NCBI GenBank assembly: GCA_026936335.1
Contig: JAPMXV010000035.1
Coordinates: forward strand, 310,001-374,000
DNA: 64,000 nucleotides
Reading direction: 5' to 3'
Source: Mantamonas sphyraenae STR306
Taxonomy: Eukaryota > Protista > CRuMs
Below, one piece after another: positions 61,072 to 64,000 of this stretch. Position 1 is the stretch's first letter, and every line of letters begins with the position of its first letter. The translations under genes were made by a program, and so were the position numbers. The notes beneath the pieces are model-generated. The model saw only the letters and a program-made list of their open reading frames with translations, had not been told where the DNA came from and did not search any database.

Positions 61072-63999
61072 TCATTCGAGGCGCTGTCGTTTGGAGAAGG
61101 AGGAGGAGGAATGGTCTTTGCGCTTGGGCAGGGTGAAGGAGGGGATGGGGTAGGCGTCGACGAGTGTATAGGTGGTGGGACGGGTGGTGAGGTGGGGTGT
61201 GATGCGGTCGATGAGGGTGTGGAGGAGGGTGTGCAGTGTGGCGTCGCTGCGTTGGGGGTTGTCGAGCCAGGCGATCTTGAGGGAGAGGGAGGTGACGCCG
61301 CGGGTGAGGGATTTGCTGATGGCAGGTTGAACCTGCTGGTAGGTGAGGTGTGGCCTGAGGAGGCGGACAAAGAAGGCCAGGTCGACAGGCGGCACGCCAA
61401 CGTTGCCCAGCGCCAGGATGATGTGTCGGACCAGAGACATCACGCTGCCGTTTTTGACCAGCTCACGCAGTGCCTGGTGTTCGTGTGTGTGCTGATGGCG
61501 AGGATGCTTGGCTGCGCGTGCCTTCATGTGTGCCAGCAGCGTCTGGAACTCCCGCGCCGTGCAGCTACCACGCTCGTCGCTGGGGGTGGCACTGCTCCAG
61601 CCACACCGTACAGATTCAGAATGCCACGCGTCCACCTTGTTGGTGGTGAGGTGGTGGTCGTAGTCGCATTGTGTCCAGTGTGGGTCGCTGTCATTGTCAG
61701 CAGGGCGTCGTGCCTTCTGCAGCCACAGTTGGGTCTGCTTGTGCTCCTTCCAGGTGCTGGGATGGGGCCTGTCACCAAGAGTGTCCATCTCTGTCATGAG
61801 GAGGTGGAGAAGGGCGTAGTTGGGGTCGCCGTGGTCGTGCGGCTCCTCCAGCCAGCCCACCTTCAACCCAGCCTTTGTCACACCCACGGCCAGACCAGCG
61901 TCACGGATGGCAGTTCTGCACGCCTGTTGATATACATCACGGCCGAGAAGGGTGAGGCAGAGTGCCATGTCGCCCTGGGAGAGGGGAATGTTGCCCAGAG
62001 CGAGCTGAATCTGTCGGACCAGCGTGGTCAGGGTGCCATGGCAGACCACAACACGCACCTGCAGGGTCATGAGGTCTGGGATGTTGTCGATGGGATGCTT
62101 GTTGGCCAGAGAGTGCATGTGCTTCAGCAGTGCCGTGTGCTCCTTCTGGTTGCTGTGCATGCGCTCGCTCTTGCGCCAATACGTCCAGCCACTTCGCACA
62201 ACGCCATCTGGCAGTCCATCCTCAACGGCCACCACTTCCTCCTCCTCTCTGGGCTCGGGCAGAACAAGCACGGGGATGCCGAGGGCGTTGACTGCGTCGA
62301 CGGTGGTGGGTCGGGTGGTGATGTGGGGTTTGATGCGGTCGATGAGGGTGTGGAGGAGGGTGTGCAGTGTGGCGTCGCTGGGTTTGGGGTTGTCGAGCCA
62401 GGCGATCTTGAGGGAGAGGGAGGTGACGCCGCGGGTGAGGGTGGCGCTGATGGCAGTCACGACCTGCTGGTAGATGAGGCGTGGTCTGAGGAGGCGGACA
62501 AAGAAGGCCAGGTCGACAGGCGGCACGCCAACGTTGCCCAGCGCCAGGATGATGTGTCGCACCAGGGAGTTCACGCTGCCGTTTTTGACCAGCTCACGCA
62601 GTGCCTGGTGTTCGTGTGTGTGCTGATGGGGAGGGTGCTTGGCTGCGCGTGCCTTCATGTGTGCCAGCAGCGTCTGGAACTCCCGCGCCGTGCAGCTACC
62701 ACGCTCGTCGCTTGATGCAGCACCGATCCAGCCACTGCGCACAGACTCAGGATGCCACTTGTCCACCATATTGGTGGTGAGGTGGTGGTCGTAGTCGCAT
62801 TGTGTCCAGTGTGGGTCGCTGTCGTTGTCAGCAGGACGTCGTGCTTCCTGCAGCAACACTTGGGTCTGCTCGTGCTCCTTCCAGGTGGAGGGATGGGTTC
62901 TGTCGCCGAGGGTGTCCATTTCTGTCATGAGGAGGTGGAGAAGGGTGTAGTTGGGGTCGCCGTGGTCGTGTGGCTCCTCCAGCCAGCACACCTTCAACCC
63001 AGCCTCTGTCACACCCATGGCCAGACCAGCGTTCTTGATGGCAGCACTGCACGCCTGTGGATCCACGTCATGGTCGAGAAGGGTGAGGCAGAAGGCCATG
63101 TCACCCTGGGAAAGGGGAATGTTGCCCAGAGCGAGCTGAATCTGTCGGACCAGCGTGGTCAGGGTGCCATGGCAGACCACAACACGCGCCTGCAGGGTCA
63201 TGAGGTCGGAGATGTCGTCGATGGAATGCTCGTTGGCCAGGGTGTGCATGTGGTTCAGCAGTGCCGTGTGCTCCTTCTTGTTGCTGTGGCTGCGCTCTTC
63301 ACTGCGCCAGTTCTGCGACCATCCTTTGCGCACAACACCATCTGGCAACTTGCTCTCTTTGTCTACAATTGCTTTCTTCCGTGAACCGGTGTCTCCGTTC
63401 ATGGCCACCCTTGCCAGTGTGCTCGACGTTCCTGTCTCTGTGCCACTGCCAGCCGTGACCCTGAGCCTGCGCTGTCCGCTGCCTTTCTTCTGTTGGGGAC
63501 CAGTACGTCGGCTAGAGTGGCCTCTGCTTGTGTGTCTCGGCTGCCATTCGTCCGTGCCCTCCTGCTCCATGTCGTCTGCGTCGTTGTCGCTCTCTTCTTG
63601 CGGCATGTACTCCTCATCCATGGCAACGACAGTGTCTGCAAAGCTGAGTGTGCCCTGAGTTTCCAACTCGTCATCCACGTGCTGCTGGGTTGCGTCGTTG
63701 GCCTCGCCGTCTTCTTCGTACGCCTCCATCCCTGAGCTGGTCATCCACTCTGAGCTGGCCGAGATTGACCGTGGTTCACGGTGGCCAAAGTTCAGGAACA
63801 TCAAGTCCTCCACGTCGCCGGTGTCATGTGTGTGCGTGTCCTGGTCTGCGTCGTTGTCATCGCTGTCTCCAGTCTGCCGTGTGTCCTGGTGGGAGGACGA
63901 CGACGATGTGGTGGTCGATGTTGTTCGTGTGATGCCGACAAAGGCGGGGCTGATGCGTTTGGGGACGCGGTTGTGGTTTGTGGTGGGTTGAGCAAGCGG
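61072..63999 (-). CDS. Uncharacterised protein with an internal 377 aa tandem duplication, 5' end outside the window or uncertain
   Basis: Frame is open to the window end. Two similar blocks are offset by 1131 nt. C-terminal KRQR is NLS-like. Confidence 0.75.
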   Translation of the reverse strand, partial: PLAQPTTNHNRVPKRISPAFVGITRTTSTTTSSSSSHQDTRQTGDSDDNDADQDTHTHDTGDVEDLMFLNFGHREPRSISASSEWMTSSGMEAYEEDGEANDATQQHVDDELETQGTLSFADTVVAMDEEYMPQEESDNDADDMEQEGTDEWQPRHTSRGHSSRRTGPQQKKGSGQRRLRVTAGSGTETGTSSTLARVAMNGDTGSRKKAIVDKESKLPDGVVRKGWSQNWRSEERSHSNKKEHTALLNHMHTLANEHSIDDISDLMTLQARVVVCHGTLTTLVRQIQLALGNIPLSQGDMAFCLTLLDHDVDPQACSAAIKNAGLAMGVTEAGLKVCWLEEPHDHGDPNYTLLHLLMTEMDTLGDRTHPSTWKEHEQTQVLLQEARRPADNDSDPHWTQCDYDHHLTTNMVDKWHPESVRSGWIGAASSDERGSCTAREFQTLLAHMKARAAKHPPHQHTHEHQALRELVKNGSVNSLVRHIILALGNVGVPPVDLAFFVRLLRPRLIYQQVVTAISATLTRGVTSLSLKIAWLDNPKPSDATLHTLLHTLIDRIKPHITTRPTTVDAVNALGIPVLVLPEPREEEEVVAVEDGLPDGVVRSGWTYWRKSERMHSNQKEHTALLKHMHSLANKHPIDNIPDLMTLQVRVVVCHGTLTTLVRQIQLALGNIPLSQGDMALCLTLLGRDVYQQACRTAIRDAGLAVGVTKAGLKVGWLEEPHDHGDPNYALLHLLMTEMDTLGDRPHPSTWKEHKQTQLWLQKARRPADNDSDPHWTQCDYDHHLTTNKVDAWHSESVRCGWSSATPSDERGSCTAREFQTLLAHMKARAAKHPRHQHTHEHQALRELVKNGSVMSLVRHIILALGNVGVPPVDLAFFVRLLRPHLTYQQVQPAISKSLTRGVTSLSLKIAWLDNPQRSDATLHTLLHTLIDRITPHLTTRPTTYTLVDAYPIPSFTLPKRKDHSSSSFSKRQRLE

Positions 64000-64000
64000 A

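Overview
This is a very gene-dense, GC-rich eukaryotic window, probably from a flagellated protist. It has short GT-AG introns and intergenic gaps mostly of 10-200 bp. There are about 32 protein genes, mostly housekeeping: SmD1, AP-1 gamma, RAD54B-like, SSRP1, NAA40, AATF, thiolase, acyl-CoA oxidase, mitochondrial LeuRS, LARP7-like, TSR3 and TMF1-like. There are also three tRNA genes and a 5.7 kb array of 26 two-variant ~214/225 bp tandem repeats bracketed by tRNA genes. Most notable: (1) a membrane-anchored pepsin-family protease that is circularly permuted, with the first DTG catalytic segment at the C-terminus; (2) four unrelated repeat proteins (two Kelch, one Sel1/ankyrin, one LRR) ending in the same F-box-like C-terminal module; (3) a 4x GATA-finger protein fused to a BPI/TULIP-like domain, lying between two beta-oxidation genes; (4) a secreted, intron-containing, bacterial-type M15 peptidoglycan peptidase inside an inverted duplication of the mS33 gene; (5) a Ras-like pseudoGTPase-PH protein. 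At least five genes carry single frameshifts, most likely assembly indels. All family calls come from motif recognition by eye; no searches were run.
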